Assembly: GCA_965261595.1 (NCBI GenBank)
Contig: CBDHDG010000006.1
Span: 384,001 to 448,000 of the forward strand
DNA length: 64,000 nucleotides
Source: a bacterium
GTDB lineage: Bacteria > UBA8248 > JACPRG01 > G963555815
Reading direction: 5' to 3'
Shown here: positions 50,838 through 60,473 of the stretch, piece by piece
How the letters are laid out: the number at the start of each line of letters is the position of its first letter
Position numbering within the stretch: the first letter of the stretch is position 1
The notes under the pieces: model-generated
The model's input: only the letters and a program-made list of their open reading frames with translations
Told to the model about the DNA's origin: nothing
The model's database searches: none
Translations under genes and position numbers: made by a program

Positions 50838-51311
50838 TTAGGCTGCCGAGTTCGGAACTGCCAGTCGAAGGGTTGCCGTCGCTGCAATCTCCTGCGCCTG
50901 TGACATCATCGCGTCTTTCGCTGCGGGCCAGTCAATTATGTTGCCATGCCGCTGAGGCGGTTCCTTGGATTCCACTCGAAGACCGACAGCCACAACGCTC
51001 TCAACTGAAAGATCGGCCCTACCACGAAGCGTCTTGCCGCGCGGTTGCGCAACATTGACCTCTCCGAGCTTCCATATTTTCCGTTCTTCTAGCCCTTGCA
51101 CACGGAAGATGGACGTTTTGCGATCAAGAGGGGCTGGGTGGAATACTCGCGGTTTCACCCGGTCAACTGAAGCGCTATAGTCGCTTTTTTGCAGAAGGTA
51201 GCGACTTATTGTCTCGCTAGGGGCGACTTCAGCGTCCAGACTAGGCAACGAGACGCTCAAAACTTTCTGATATAACCAGCGGTAGAGCCTCGCGAAGAGG
51301 TTCTGTTCCAT
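50838..51311 (-). CDS. Hypothetical protein, ART/RES-like motif layout (alternative TTG start at 51248)
   Basis: E-ISRY...VF-P...TSIFR...RHGNI-DWP. Confidence 0.6.
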   Translation of the reverse strand: MEQNLFARLYRWLYQKVLSVSLPSLDAEVAPSETISRYLLQKSDYSASVDRVKPRVFHPAPLDRKTSIFRVQGLEERKIWKLGEVNVAQPRGKTLRGRADLSVESVVAVGLRVESKEPPQRHGNIIDWPAAKDAMMSQAQEIAATATLRLAVPNSAA

Positions 51312-51735
51312 GGATTTTCCTGTAGCCAAATAGAGCAGCAAAAGTCAGGGTGCCATCCCTACCGACGCTAACTGAAAAGACGCGGCGACGTCCAAGGTCC
51401 CACTCAAACAAGATCTCTCCATCCGTATCTGCGTCTATTTCTGGGACTGGGATGGTGCTTGGAAGGAGCCTAAGGAATTGGCTGGCGTAGTCATATGTAC
51501 TCGGCTCAAACCTGGCCGATCCCTCCCCGTCCCAATCCTCGACCTGAGCAGTCTCGTAAGCTAAGCTGAGGGCTGCCTGCGCAGTACGCTTCTGCTCCCC
51601 AAAAGTAATGCTACCAGAGAACTCGGTAGCCTCGTAGGAGAGTCTGTCAAGAGACCGCGCCTCCTCGCTGAGCCCTCGACCAACCCAGGGGGTGAAACCG
51701 AAGCCTGTTGTCAGTGGAATGGCAGTAGTAGTCAT
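51241..51735 (-). CDS. Hypothetical acidic protein, middle gene of the island cassette
   Basis: DWDGEG, P-P-IDADTDGEILFEW; ATGA-coupled to the upstream gene. Confidence 0.7.
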   Translation of the reverse strand: MTTTAIPLTTGFGFTPWVGRGLSEEARSLDRLSYEATEFSGSITFGEQKRTAQAALSLAYETAQVEDWDGEGSARFEPSTYDYASQFLRLLPSTIPVPEIDADTDGEILFEWDLGRRRVFSVSVGRDGTLTFAALFGYRKIHGTEPLREALPLVISESFERLVA

Positions 51736-52484
51736 TCGAATTGCCTCACAGCCTCCTCAGTAAGACCATTGAAGAAGATAAGGTTTTTGAAATCCCTCAA
51801 TTGATTGAATGTTTCCTCAATGGTCGAACCGTCTACAGCGAACTCGCCATCCTTAAAAGCGTCAATGTCGAAAATGGCGGCTGGTTGTCGACCGCTCGCA
51901 TTTCCCTCTGAAGCTTGGGTCACATGAGCAGCGATGTCAATGGCGGGATTTTGAATCGTAACTCTTGTGAGAAAACTGCTGATGGTTTGGGGCAGATCTG
52001 GGGGGACGGCTGGCGCAAGCCGTAGATAGGTCTCAAGCTCGAAGGGACCCGGAGGAAACGGAATGCGATTGATGTAGCGAACAGCAAGCCGGGTGATCAC
52101 CTCTGGCCGTGCGATCGCGGAATACAGCCGCCAAAGCTCGATGACAAGCGGAAACAGTTCTTCCCAACTCGTATATGGGTGCAATCGATTCAATGTAAAC
52201 CCGTCCACTCTAAACTGCCCGACCGTTTTCTCATCTTCGGATTTGAAGAAGTAACCCCGCAGCCCGAGGTCCCGGATGACGGGAGGTGGGCCTTCACTCT
52301 CGATCAATTTCACCTCGAAAGTCGCCTTCAGCCCACGTTGGACCTCCATCTTCGGGAAACGATCGGCAAGCTGCGACTGCAAAGCTGAAAGCTCCTCGCC
52401 AAGGAATCCAGCGCGCGCCTTCACTCGGAAGTCGAAAATGGCCTCGGTTATCGGGGCCTTCCGGAGACGCCTCTGGTGCGTCAT
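51732..52484 (-). CDS. TIGR04255-like sporadically distributed protein
   Basis: L-KAPITEAIFDFR, Y-SWEE, RLAVRYINRI, FDID, K-IFF--LTEEA; GAGGTG RBS. Confidence 0.8.
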   Translation of the reverse strand: MTHQRRLRKAPITEAIFDFRVKARAGFLGEELSALQSQLADRFPKMEVQRGLKATFEVKLIESEGPPPVIRDLGLRGYFFKSEDEKTVGQFRVDGFTLNRLHPYTSWEELFPLVIELWRLYSAIARPEVITRLAVRYINRIPFPPGPFELETYLRLAPAVPPDLPQTISSFLTRVTIQNPAIDIAAHVTQASEGNASGRQPAAIFDIDAFKDGEFAVDGSTIEETFNQLRDFKNLIFFNGLTEEAVRQFE

Positions 52485-52660
52485 ATCACCTCTTGCAGTT
52501 TGTCCAGAAAAAACGAGAGTAGCCAGCGACACGCCAATAAAAACTGAACGCCATACCTTATTCATAACACTTTCACATAGGATTTTGGCAGAATAGACTC
52601 AATGGAGTTGACCCGGTTTGGTGGACACCTGATGATTTGGGGGTAAAGGAGGTGTTCACG

Positions 52661-52975
52661 ATGCCACAGACTCACCCACGCTATCCAATGGAGTTCCGCT
52701 GCCAGATGGTAGAGTTGGTCCGGGCGGGACGCACGCCCGAGGCGCTGGCGCACGAGTTCGAGTCCTCGGCGCAGACGATCCGCACCTGGGCCCATCAAGC
52801 CGACGTTGACGAGGGGCGTCGCAAAGACGGGCTCACGAGCGATGAGCGGGAGGAGTTGCGCCGACTTCGCCGCGAGAACCGACAGCTCCGCCAGGAGCGG
52901 GAGATCTTAGCAAAAGCCGCGGCCTGGTTTGCTCGGGATACCGATTCGATCCCGTCCGGATCTACGGGTTCGTGA
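52661..52975 (+). CDS. IS3 OrfA
   Basis: Y--EFR---VEL, ELRRLRREN--L--EREIL-KAAA. Confidence 0.92.
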   Translation: MPQTHPRYPMEFRCQMVELVRAGRTPEALAHEFESSAQTIRTWAHQADVDEGRRKDGLTSDEREELRRLRRENRQLRQEREILAKAAAWFARDTDSIPSGSTGS

Positions 52976-53823
52976 GGGCGAACCAGGCCATGTATCGGAC
53001 CGCCACCATGTGCCGGGTGCTGGGCGTCTCCTCCAGCGGCTACTACGCGTGGCGCAGGCGCGCGCCGTGTGCCCGCTCGTGTGCCGATCGGGCGCTCACC
53101 AAACGCATTCAGGCGATCCACGAGCGTTCTCGGGGGACTTGCGGCGTGCCGCGCGTCCATGCCGAGCTGGAGGCTGAGGGAGTGCGTGTGGGCCGCAAGC
53201 GCGTCGCCAGGCTGATACGTGGGGCGGGACTTGCGGGCGTCAGTCGGCGCAAGGGAGCGCGCACGACGCAGCGCCGGCAGGAGGCGCGGCCGGCCCCTGA
53301 TCTGGTGGACCGCAACTTCACGGCCGAGGCCCCCGACCGGCTGTGGGTGGCCGACATCACCTACGTTCCGACATGGGCGGGGTTTTTGTATCTGGCCGTG
53401 GCGCTCGATGCGTTCAGCCGGCGCATCGTGGGGTGGTCGATGGCCACACACCTGCGGGCCGAGTTGGTGCTCGACGCGCTCGACATGGCGCTGTATAAGC
53501 GCCGTCCCCGGGCCGTCATCCACCACTCCGACCAGGGCAGCACGCAGTACACCTCGGTCGCCTTTGGGCAGCGCTGCCGGCAGGCGGGCGGGCGTCCCTC
53601 CATGGGTTCGGTCGGGGACTGCTACGACAACGCGCTGTGTGAGAGCTTTTTCGCCACGCTGGAGTGCGATCTCCTCGCTCGCCACAGTTTCCGCACCCGG
53701 GCCGAGGCGCGCATGGAGGTGTTCGGGTTCATCGAGGGCTTCTACAACCCGCATCGTCGGCACTCCTCCATCGACAACCTGTCACCCGTTAACTACGAAA
53801 GGAGACAACAACGCACACCCTGA
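52972..53823 (+). CDS. IS3 transposase OrfB (DDE)
   Basis: WVADITY, HHSDQG, CYDNA-CESFF, YN--R-HS. Confidence 0.93.
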   Translation: MRANQAMYRTATMCRVLGVSSSGYYAWRRRAPCARSCADRALTKRIQAIHERSRGTCGVPRVHAELEAEGVRVGRKRVARLIRGAGLAGVSRRKGARTTQRRQEARPAPDLVDRNFTAEAPDRLWVADITYVPTWAGFLYLAVALDAFSRRIVGWSMATHLRAELVLDALDMALYKRRPRAVIHHSDQGSTQYTSVAFGQRCRQAGGRPSMGSVGDCYDNALCESFFATLECDLLARHSFRTRAEARMEVFGFIEGFYNPHRRHSSIDNLSPVNYERRQQRTP

Positions 53824-54133
53824 AAACCCAAGTGCTTAACTCTCCACGAAACCGGGGTAAGTCCACAAATACTTGAAATTTACCACTTTCTTCCATAAGG
53901 AAAATTGGGGCGCACTTGGGGCACAGGCCCCACATAACCTATTAACAAATAATGGAATAGCGTGTACGTGGGGGATTGTTGAACCCCTGTGCCAATCACT
54001 TCACGAGACCCTTTCAAGGGGGACGAACCAGGCGAGAACAGGCGGGAGGGGGGGGGGGGCGCAAAACGGGCACAATCGAGACAGCCGAGAAATTTCCAGC
54101 GGATGTGCAATCCGCGTAATCCATTGATAATAT

Positions 54134-54220
54134 TGGTGCCGGAGGCGGGATTCGAACCCGCACGGGCGCAAGGCCCGGGGGATTTTGAGTCCCCTGCGTC
54201 TCCCATTCCGCCACTCCGGC
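54134..54220 (-). tRNA. tRNA-Leu (CAA)
   Basis: GCCGGAG acceptor stem, anticodon arm GGGGA-CTCAAAA-TCCCC, long variable arm, GGTTCGAATCC, encoded CCA. Confidence 0.96.
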
Positions 54221-54285
54221 GCGGGATTCTATATGTGAAACGCGAAGCGATTCCGCAAACGGATGAAAGTGGAAGTCTAATCGAG

Positions 54286-54319
54286 GAAGGGACGCCCCCC
54301 GTCAAAGGGGGCGTCCTTC
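54286..54319 (-). terminator. Hairpin downstream of the NMT1-like gene
   Basis: GAAGGGACGCCCCC...GGGGGCGTCCTTC. Confidence 0.5.
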
Positions 54320-54344
54320 AATGCAGGCCTCGTCCCCCCCCCCG

Positions 54345-55385
54345 CTAGAACAGCTTCTTGAACGCCCGGGGAGCCCGCTTCGGCGGTAGGATCTTGGGCA
54401 GATAATCATTCGTGTACAGATCGCTGAGCGGAATTTGCTTGGTGATGTTGTTGGCTTTGACGACGATATCCCGGGTCCGGCGCCACTTCTTCTCCGTCAT
54501 CCAACCCAGGCCCAGGCGCTTCTGGTCGGGCGTGAGCCACAGGTCCAGGGTAACGTCCCACACCTCCCGGTTCGGGCCGCGGGCGGCGGTGGGCGCGTGC
54601 TTGAGAAAGGCGTCCATGGCCTTGTCCGGATTCGCGATGGCGTCGGCCAGGCCCTTCATGGAGGCCCGAAGGAACTTTCGCACCATCCCGCCCCGGGTGG
54701 CCAAGGTCTTGTCGGTGACGGAGTAACCCAGGCCGTAAAAGTCCAGACCGTGATTGGCCAGGAGAATGATTTTCGCCTTTCTTCCCTGCTTCGCGGCCAT
54801 CCTCCTGAAGATGGGGGCCTGGGTGATAAAACCGGTGGCGGCCGCATACTGCCCGCCCAGCAGGCCGGTCTCCCGGGCGGCGGGCGCCACGTGGATGACC
54901 TGTATTTTCTTGATGTCGAACCCGTTGATCTTGGCCAGTGTGGGGAAGTTGGCCCAGGTCGCGTCGCCAGCGGGCGTGCCGAATTTCTTCCCCTCCAGGT
55001 CTTTGAGGGTGTTGACCCCGTTGCCCTCCAGCGTCCGGATGACGAAGGGGGCGATGTCGTGTTGCATCACCACGATCTTGAGGGAAAGCCCGCGGGCGCG
55101 GCCCAGGACCACCGAGGCGGTGTCCATCCCGCCGAAGTCGTCTTTTCCGGAGGCGATGTCCTTGGCCGTCTTGCCGCCGCCGTAGCCTCGGACGATCTTC
55201 ACGTCCAGCCCTTCCGCTTTATACAAGCCGCTCTCCAGGCTGTTGTACCAGGAAATGTCACGTCCATACGGAATCCAGCCCAGGTTGAAGATCACTTTCT
55301 CGGCGCCGAACGCGGTCCGGCCCGCCGCCGGCAAAAGGAATCCGGCCATCACGATCGCACATAAACCCTTCTTCAGAATCTTCAT
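54345..55385 (-). CDS. NMT1/THI5-like ABC substrate-binding protein
   Basis: Signal peptide, L-W-P, G-Y-AEGLDV-I-RG-G, KDLEGKK, YTNDYL. Confidence 0.85.
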   Translation of the reverse strand: MKILKKGLCAIVMAGFLLPAAGRTAFGAEKVIFNLGWIPYGRDISWYNSLESGLYKAEGLDVKIVRGYGGGKTAKDIASGKDDFGGMDTASVVLGRARGLSLKIVVMQHDIAPFVIRTLEGNGVNTLKDLEGKKFGTPAGDATWANFPTLAKINGFDIKKIQVIHVAPAARETGLLGGQYAAATGFITQAPIFRRMAAKQGRKAKIILLANHGLDFYGLGYSVTDKTLATRGGMVRKFLRASMKGLADAIANPDKAMDAFLKHAPTAARGPNREVWDVTLDLWLTPDQKRLGLGWMTEKKWRRTRDIVVKANNITKQIPLSDLYTNDYLPKILPPKRAPRAFKKLF

Positions 55386-55754
55386 CGGGATCTCTCCTTT
55401 TCCGCGATTCAACCCGCCCTTTTCCAAGCCCGCATAGCCGGTGGAAACCGCGGCGCGGGGTTTGAGTTCCACGCTGTGGCGCCGTAACCGGCCAACCGGC
55501 TCCAGAACACTCGCTACATGAAGAAGTCGCTATTGTCCCGACTTGCCCAATCCGAGTCAAGGAAGAAACAACTGCGCCCTCACGAAACGCCCCCGCGGGA
55601 CCGCGCCCGAAAGAGAGGCCGCTGTTCGCCGTTGACAACGAACGCGCCCAGGCTCTAGAACAGGCTGTGGGGAGTGAAAATCAATGCCGATTCCGATTTT
55701 TCTTCGGCGGGCTTCCTCGCCCATCCTTTCCGTGTTCCCGGGAGGTGCACCGGA

Positions 55755-56633
55755 ATGATCGTCCGCGTCGCCGCTGTTCAACCTTTCGCTTACCGGGGCG
55801 AGGAAGAGGCCCGCAATGAAGCCGAGGCCCTGCGGTATCTGGATCGGGCCGCCGATGCCGGCGCCCAGGTGGCGGTCTTTCCCGAGGGCTACCCCGGCCC
55901 CTACAACGGCCCCCTGACGTTCGATCCCTTCCCCGCCCTGTGCGCCAAGGCCCGCGAACACCACATGTACGTCATCGCCAGCAAGGTCCTTCCGGCCCCC
56001 GAGCATGGAGAAAACGTTTATTTCCTGGCCCTGGGACTGATCTCCCCGTCAGGTGAGATGAGGGCGGTCTACCGGCGGTCGCATCCCAATCCTCCGGGCG
56101 TGGAACAGTTCCTGATGCCGGACAAGACCATCGCCCCCGGGGAGGAGGTCCCCGTCTTCGAGACCGATCGGGGCAACTTCGGCCTGCAAATCTGCTCGGA
56201 GCTCTGGCTCCCCGAAGTGAGCCGAATCCAGGCCCTCAAGGGGGCCGACATCCTGTTCGCCCCCATCGGGGGCTGTCTTTACGAGCTCCTCCCCTCCTGG
56301 AAGATCCTCGTCCAGGCCCGGGCCATCGAGAACCTGGCGTATGTCGTGGTCTCGCAGAACATCTGGGGGAAGGAGGAGGGGCTGGGGATGATCGCGGGGC
56401 CCGAGGGCGTCCTCGCGGAGGGCGCGGGGCCCGGCGTCATCACGGCCGACCTCGATCTCGACCGGCTGACTTGGCTCCGGGACGGGGAGCAGCGGATGGT
56501 CCTCCCCAAACCCTACCGGGCCATCCCCGGCATCCTCAAGGAAAGGCGGCACTCCCTGTATGCGGCCCTCTCCGATCCGGATGCTTCCGCCAGAGATTAC
56601 TTTTATTTCAAAGCCGCCGACAAGGCCAAGTGA
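55755..56633 (+). CDS. Carbon-nitrogen hydrolase (nitrilase superfamily)
   Basis: VAAVQ, FPEG, YRRSH, QICSE--PE-SR, ARAIEN. Confidence 0.9.
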   Translation: MIVRVAAVQPFAYRGEEEARNEAEALRYLDRAADAGAQVAVFPEGYPGPYNGPLTFDPFPALCAKAREHHMYVIASKVLPAPEHGENVYFLALGLISPSGEMRAVYRRSHPNPPGVEQFLMPDKTIAPGEEVPVFETDRGNFGLQICSELWLPEVSRIQALKGADILFAPIGGCLYELLPSWKILVQARAIENLAYVVVSQNIWGKEEGLGMIAGPEGVLAEGAGPGVITADLDLDRLTWLRDGEQRMVLPKPYRAIPGILKERRHSLYAALSDPDASARDYFYFKAADKAK

Positions 56634-56695
56634 CCTCCGGAGGAGGGGGCACTTGCGTGCCGGCCAAACTGCGGATGGAAGGGTCGTGGTTATTA

Positions 56696-56976
56696 CAACC
56701 CCTCCGGCGCACGGCCGTCCGATAGTCTACCGAGTAGGAACGCAAAAACCGGGGCCTTGGCCGGATGCTGCGGCCGCTGAAGACACGCAAGTGTCGTAAC
56801 CGGACGGGCATCCGGTCAAAGATCCAAGCCAGCAAGGGCCACAGCCGACCGCACAGCCAGCAAGACGTCCACCCCCAGAAGGCCGAGCAAAGCTCGGCCG
56901 CAGAAAGTTTTTCAGGGGGTTCCCAACCCCTGGGAGGGGTCCAGGGGGGCGGTTTTTCAAAAAAGCCCCCCTGGCC
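56696..56976 (+). repeat. Structured intergenic element, copy B
   Basis: Homologous to the reverse complement of 35620..35849, with extra inserted hairpins. Confidence 0.75.
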
Positions 56977-57038
56977 ATCCTGGTCATCTTCTCCGCAGTC
57001 GTGGCCCGCGGGGTTGACCGTCGCGAAAGGAGACGCCC

Positions 57039-58145
57039 GTGTACTATTTTTGGCCGGAGGATTACACCTGGTCCTACCAACTCGTCCGGACGTTCGGCGC
57101 GGGCGATTACGGGGGCGGCCAGTTTCACGAGGTGTACGGCGCGGCGCGGGGGATTGCCTTGCATGACATCGATTCCTGGCATCGCGAGTTCTCCGGCCTG
57201 GCGGGCCGCGTCGAGGCCCTGGGCCGGGAGTCCCTAGTGGGGGGCCACACCGTGAGCGCACGCGAGGCCCTGTTCCGCGCGGCCAATTATTACCGGAACG
57301 CCGAATTCTTCCTCGCCCATGACGACCCCCGCCGGAAGGGAAATTACGCGAAGATCCGGGAATGCTTTCTCGACGCCGCCCGGTTTCTCGCCTCACCGCC
57401 CGAGACGGTGGAGATCCCTTATGAAGGCGGGTCCCTGCCCGCCTATTTCTACCGCGCGGGGGGGGATCAGAAGGCCCCGATGCTCCTGTTCATCGGCGGA
57501 CTCGAATCCATCGCGGAGGAGCTTTTCTTCTTCGGCGCCCGGGCGGCCGTCGAGCGGGGGATTTCCTGCTGCGTGATGGAGGGTCCGGGCCAGGGGGCGA
57601 GCCTGCGCGAGCGGGGCCTTTTCGGCCGGTACGACTTCGAGGTTCCGGTCTCGGCCGGGGTGGACTATCTCCTCACCCGCCCCGATGTCGACTCGGAGCG
57701 CATCGCCCTGATGGGCCTCAGCATGGGCGGATACCTGAGTCCGAGGGCGGCCTCCTTCGAGCACCGGCTTCGGGCGTGCATCGCCTGGGGGGCCATCTAC
57801 GATTTCGCCGAGGTCTGGGACACCCGGCCCGACGACCACCCCTTGATGAAGCACTTCGTCTGGCTGATGAAGGCGAAAGACGTGGCCGACGCCAGGGAGC
57901 GGGCGAAGAAGTTCCGTCTAGAGGGCGTGGTGGAGAAGATCCGCTGTCCGTTCCTCGTAACGCACGGCGAGGGGGACGTCCAGATCAACGTCTCCCACGC
58001 CCACCAGATGTACGAAGCCGCCACGTGCAACAAACACCTCAAGACTTTCAGTCCCGCCGAGACGGGCGAGACCCACTGCCAGCTCGACAACCTCTCCCTC
58101 GCCCACCGGTATATGTTCGATTGGCTGGAAGAGAAGATGAAGTAA
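57039..58145 (+). CDS. Alpha/beta hydrolase, 2,6-dihydroxy-pseudooxynicotine hydrolase/FrsA-like
   Basis: RAANYYR-AE, GGLES--EE, EGPGQG, GLSMGG, HGE-D, HCQ-DN. Confidence 0.85.
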   Translation: MYYFWPEDYTWSYQLVRTFGAGDYGGGQFHEVYGAARGIALHDIDSWHREFSGLAGRVEALGRESLVGGHTVSAREALFRAANYYRNAEFFLAHDDPRRKGNYAKIRECFLDAARFLASPPETVEIPYEGGSLPAYFYRAGGDQKAPMLLFIGGLESIAEELFFFGARAAVERGISCCVMEGPGQGASLRERGLFGRYDFEVPVSAGVDYLLTRPDVDSERIALMGLSMGGYLSPRAASFEHRLRACIAWGAIYDFAEVWDTRPDDHPLMKHFVWLMKAKDVADARERAKKFRLEGVVEKIRCPFLVTHGEGDVQINVSHAHQMYEAATCNKHLKTFSPAETGETHCQLDNLSLAHRYMFDWLEEKMK

Positions 58146-58496
58146 AGCGGCGCGCGCGAACCGCTTACATCCACCACGAGAGGGAGACGCAACACGCTCC
58201 TATGACCCAACGGAAAGCACCCCTGGCGGGAAGCCGCCGTCACCACCTCTCGACAACACCCGCTGCCCAGGTGTTCAGAACCATCGAGAGCGCGCAGAGG
58301 CTCCCGGAGGGATGTAGGGGCCATGAGCCTCAATTTCCGTTTCGTGAAAACCTACACCATGCCCAGTATCTCGTGTAACAGCAGTGAAGGAATGCGGGAA
58401 ATTCAGGATTCCAGGCCTGACCGCAAACATTTCGCGTTAGTGCAAAGCCGAGAACTGAACCTATTACGCCAAGTTTGAACGTAGGACCTTACGCCG

Positions 58497-60245
58497 TCAG
58501 TCCCATGGGAGTTCCGGCGCAGGTTTCGCGGATCGGGCGACTCGGACAATGGCGTCAAGTTTTTCCTTGATCTCCGGATCGAGTTTTTCTCGCGGTACAA
58601 AATCGGCGAGTTCGTGGAAGTTTTTTTTCGCCATAATATTCGGTAGTTCCAGTCTTTTGAAGTACTTCTCGAAGAGTGGTGTAAGGAAATCATCGCTGAC
58701 CTTTGTGTCGGGATCCCACGGTGAGCCCTTATGAAGAGTTTCTAGAGCTTCTGCAATCTCTCGAATGGACATCTGCATGGCCTCCGCCCGTGTGCTCGAT
58801 TCGGCCTCTGTGAAAAGGGGGCCGGCCGTTTTCCTCGGCGGGACGGCCATCGCGTAGGCTTCCAGTGTCTCTCGAAAACAGAGGTAATTCTCGATTTCTC
58901 TGCGACTCCACATCAGTCCCTCTGACCCAAGATTTGGGGGAAGCTCTTGGTCAAGCCTGTCGAAGATAGCGATTGCCTTGAGGCGCGGAACTGCCTCAAG
59001 TAAACCGTAGAAGTTCCTGCGGACATCACTGGGTTGGTTCCTCACATAACGGACAAACGGTCGTTCCAGCACTCTCTGTGCCTCCGTGTGCTCCAACACC
59101 CTGGCGAACGTCTGCAAGATGGCCAAGTCCGTGGAACACTCCAGATACAGCACCCATCCTGTCTGCTCCGCGAGATAGTAATCTTCGAAACCGATGTCCT
59201 TGAGGGCCTTCATGACCTGGCCGCCTCGATTGTTGATGCGATGTGGCTTCCCGATGAAGGCGACGACGACATCCCGGTGGGCGGCTTCATTGAGGACAAC
59301 TTCAGAGTGACTTGCCGCGATGATCTGGGTTCCGCTCTCGCGTGCAACGACCGTTAGAAGTTGATAGATTTGTCTTTGACGAAGGATTTCGAGGTGAGCA
59401 TCGGGTTCATCGAGGAGAAGGATGGCACCCGGATTGGCATACATATAGGCGAGGAGAAGGAGCGTCTGCTGGAGTCCCCTCCCGGAGGAAGACAAATCCA
59501 GAGGGATGCCCCTTTCTCTGTAGGTCATTGCGATCTCGCCACGCTCCGAAATATATCGAGGGACATCCAAATTTACACCAAAGAGCAATTGGATATGGGT
59601 TATCAGCTTTTCCCATATCTCGTTGTTTTTGCTATGAATCCCATGGCACAGATTTCGTAAAACCTCCGCCGTTCGCCCCTCTCCGACACGGACATTTATG
59701 GCGCCCGGATCCAGGCGAGTCTCGTTCGACGCTAGACCCGACATGGGGGGGAGAAACGCCACTTGAGCCTTTCCCGCCTCGTTGGGAATTGGAATTCGGT
59801 CGGGATCCTTTTTTTCCGACAAACGCAACGGGCGGCAATAAAAGGACTCTTCGTTCGCGTAGTCGAATTCTAGACCGCATTTCCAAGATTTGTCGTCGGT
59901 GAGACCCTCGACAACGATGTCGATCCGGATATTCTTAGTCTCTTGCTTTCCGTCAATCTTCTGAACATCTCTCACTCGCAGATTACGCCAGAGCAAGTGA
60001 GCATCCGGGATTGGTACGGCGATCAAATCACGTCGGTTGATGGTAACACCAGGGCGCTTCTCCGGCGCGTTCTTGCCCCTGTATTTTTCGTTCCAATGCT
60101 TCAACCCGACTTCCCAGAGGGCCAGGGCCTGCAAAGCAGATGTCTTTCCGGAATTGTTGGGACCAATGAAAACGACAGGATTGCCCAGCTCGATTTCGAC
60201 CTTGCCAAAACGTTTGAAGTTTCGGGCGGTGAATTTCGTAAGCAT
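58497..60245 (-). CDS. ABC-type ATPase with C-terminal TOPRIM-like domain (OLD/AAA_15-like)
   Basis: GPNNSGKT, LSSSGRG, LLLDEPD, ASHS, LYLECSTD, IFDRLD, REIENY; lower GC. Confidence 0.8.
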   Translation of the reverse strand: MLTKFTARNFKRFGKVEIELGNPVVFIGPNNSGKTSALQALALWEVGLKHWNEKYRGKNAPEKRPGVTINRRDLIAVPIPDAHLLWRNLRVRDVQKIDGKQETKNIRIDIVVEGLTDDKSWKCGLEFDYANEESFYCRPLRLSEKKDPDRIPIPNEAGKAQVAFLPPMSGLASNETRLDPGAINVRVGEGRTAEVLRNLCHGIHSKNNEIWEKLITHIQLLFGVNLDVPRYISERGEIAMTYRERGIPLDLSSSGRGLQQTLLLLAYMYANPGAILLLDEPDAHLEILRQRQIYQLLTVVARESGTQIIAASHSEVVLNEAAHRDVVVAFIGKPHRINNRGGQVMKALKDIGFEDYYLAEQTGWVLYLECSTDLAILQTFARVLEHTEAQRVLERPFVRYVRNQPSDVRRNFYGLLEAVPRLKAIAIFDRLDQELPPNLGSEGLMWSRREIENYLCFRETLEAYAMAVPPRKTAGPLFTEAESSTRAEAMQMSIREIAEALETLHKGSPWDPDTKVSDDFLTPLFEKYFKRLELPNIMAKKNFHELADFVPREKLDPEIKEKLDAIVRVARSAKPAPELPWD

Positions 60246-60473
60246 TAGCGTGTACCTTTCGACTCGAACTCCACTTGACCTCAATTTTGCTGTGTGAATG
60301 TCACTCTCTCAAATATTATAATGTAAAAGTTGACCCCGATCCTGATGCTGAATCGTTCAAATCACATTTCAGACCGGTTGATTGCTTTCACTCACCGCGT
60401 TTAAGGTGTCCGGAAGGGGTGCCGCGCTTTTGAGCGTTCAGTCCGGATCGAAGACGGATTCTGGAGGTGAGGC

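Larger units (their letters stand above)
52603..53865 (+). mobile_element. IS3-family insertion sequence 2 with CAA target duplication
   Basis: IRL TGGAGTTGACCCGGTTTGGTGGA versus IRR(rc) TGGACTTACCCCGGTTTCGTGGA; CAA on both flanks. Confidence 0.93.
50545..54133. mobile_element. Small integrase-less genomic island at tRNA-Leu
   Basis: Bounded by the tRNA and its displaced 3' fragment; visibly lower GC; IHF-consensus sites and GGGCAC repeats in both arms. Confidence 0.75.

Noticed and set aside
52795..53763. 322-aa antisense ORF in IS3 element 2 (and 41765..43060 in element 1)
   Set aside because: Typical antisense shadows of IS3 transposases
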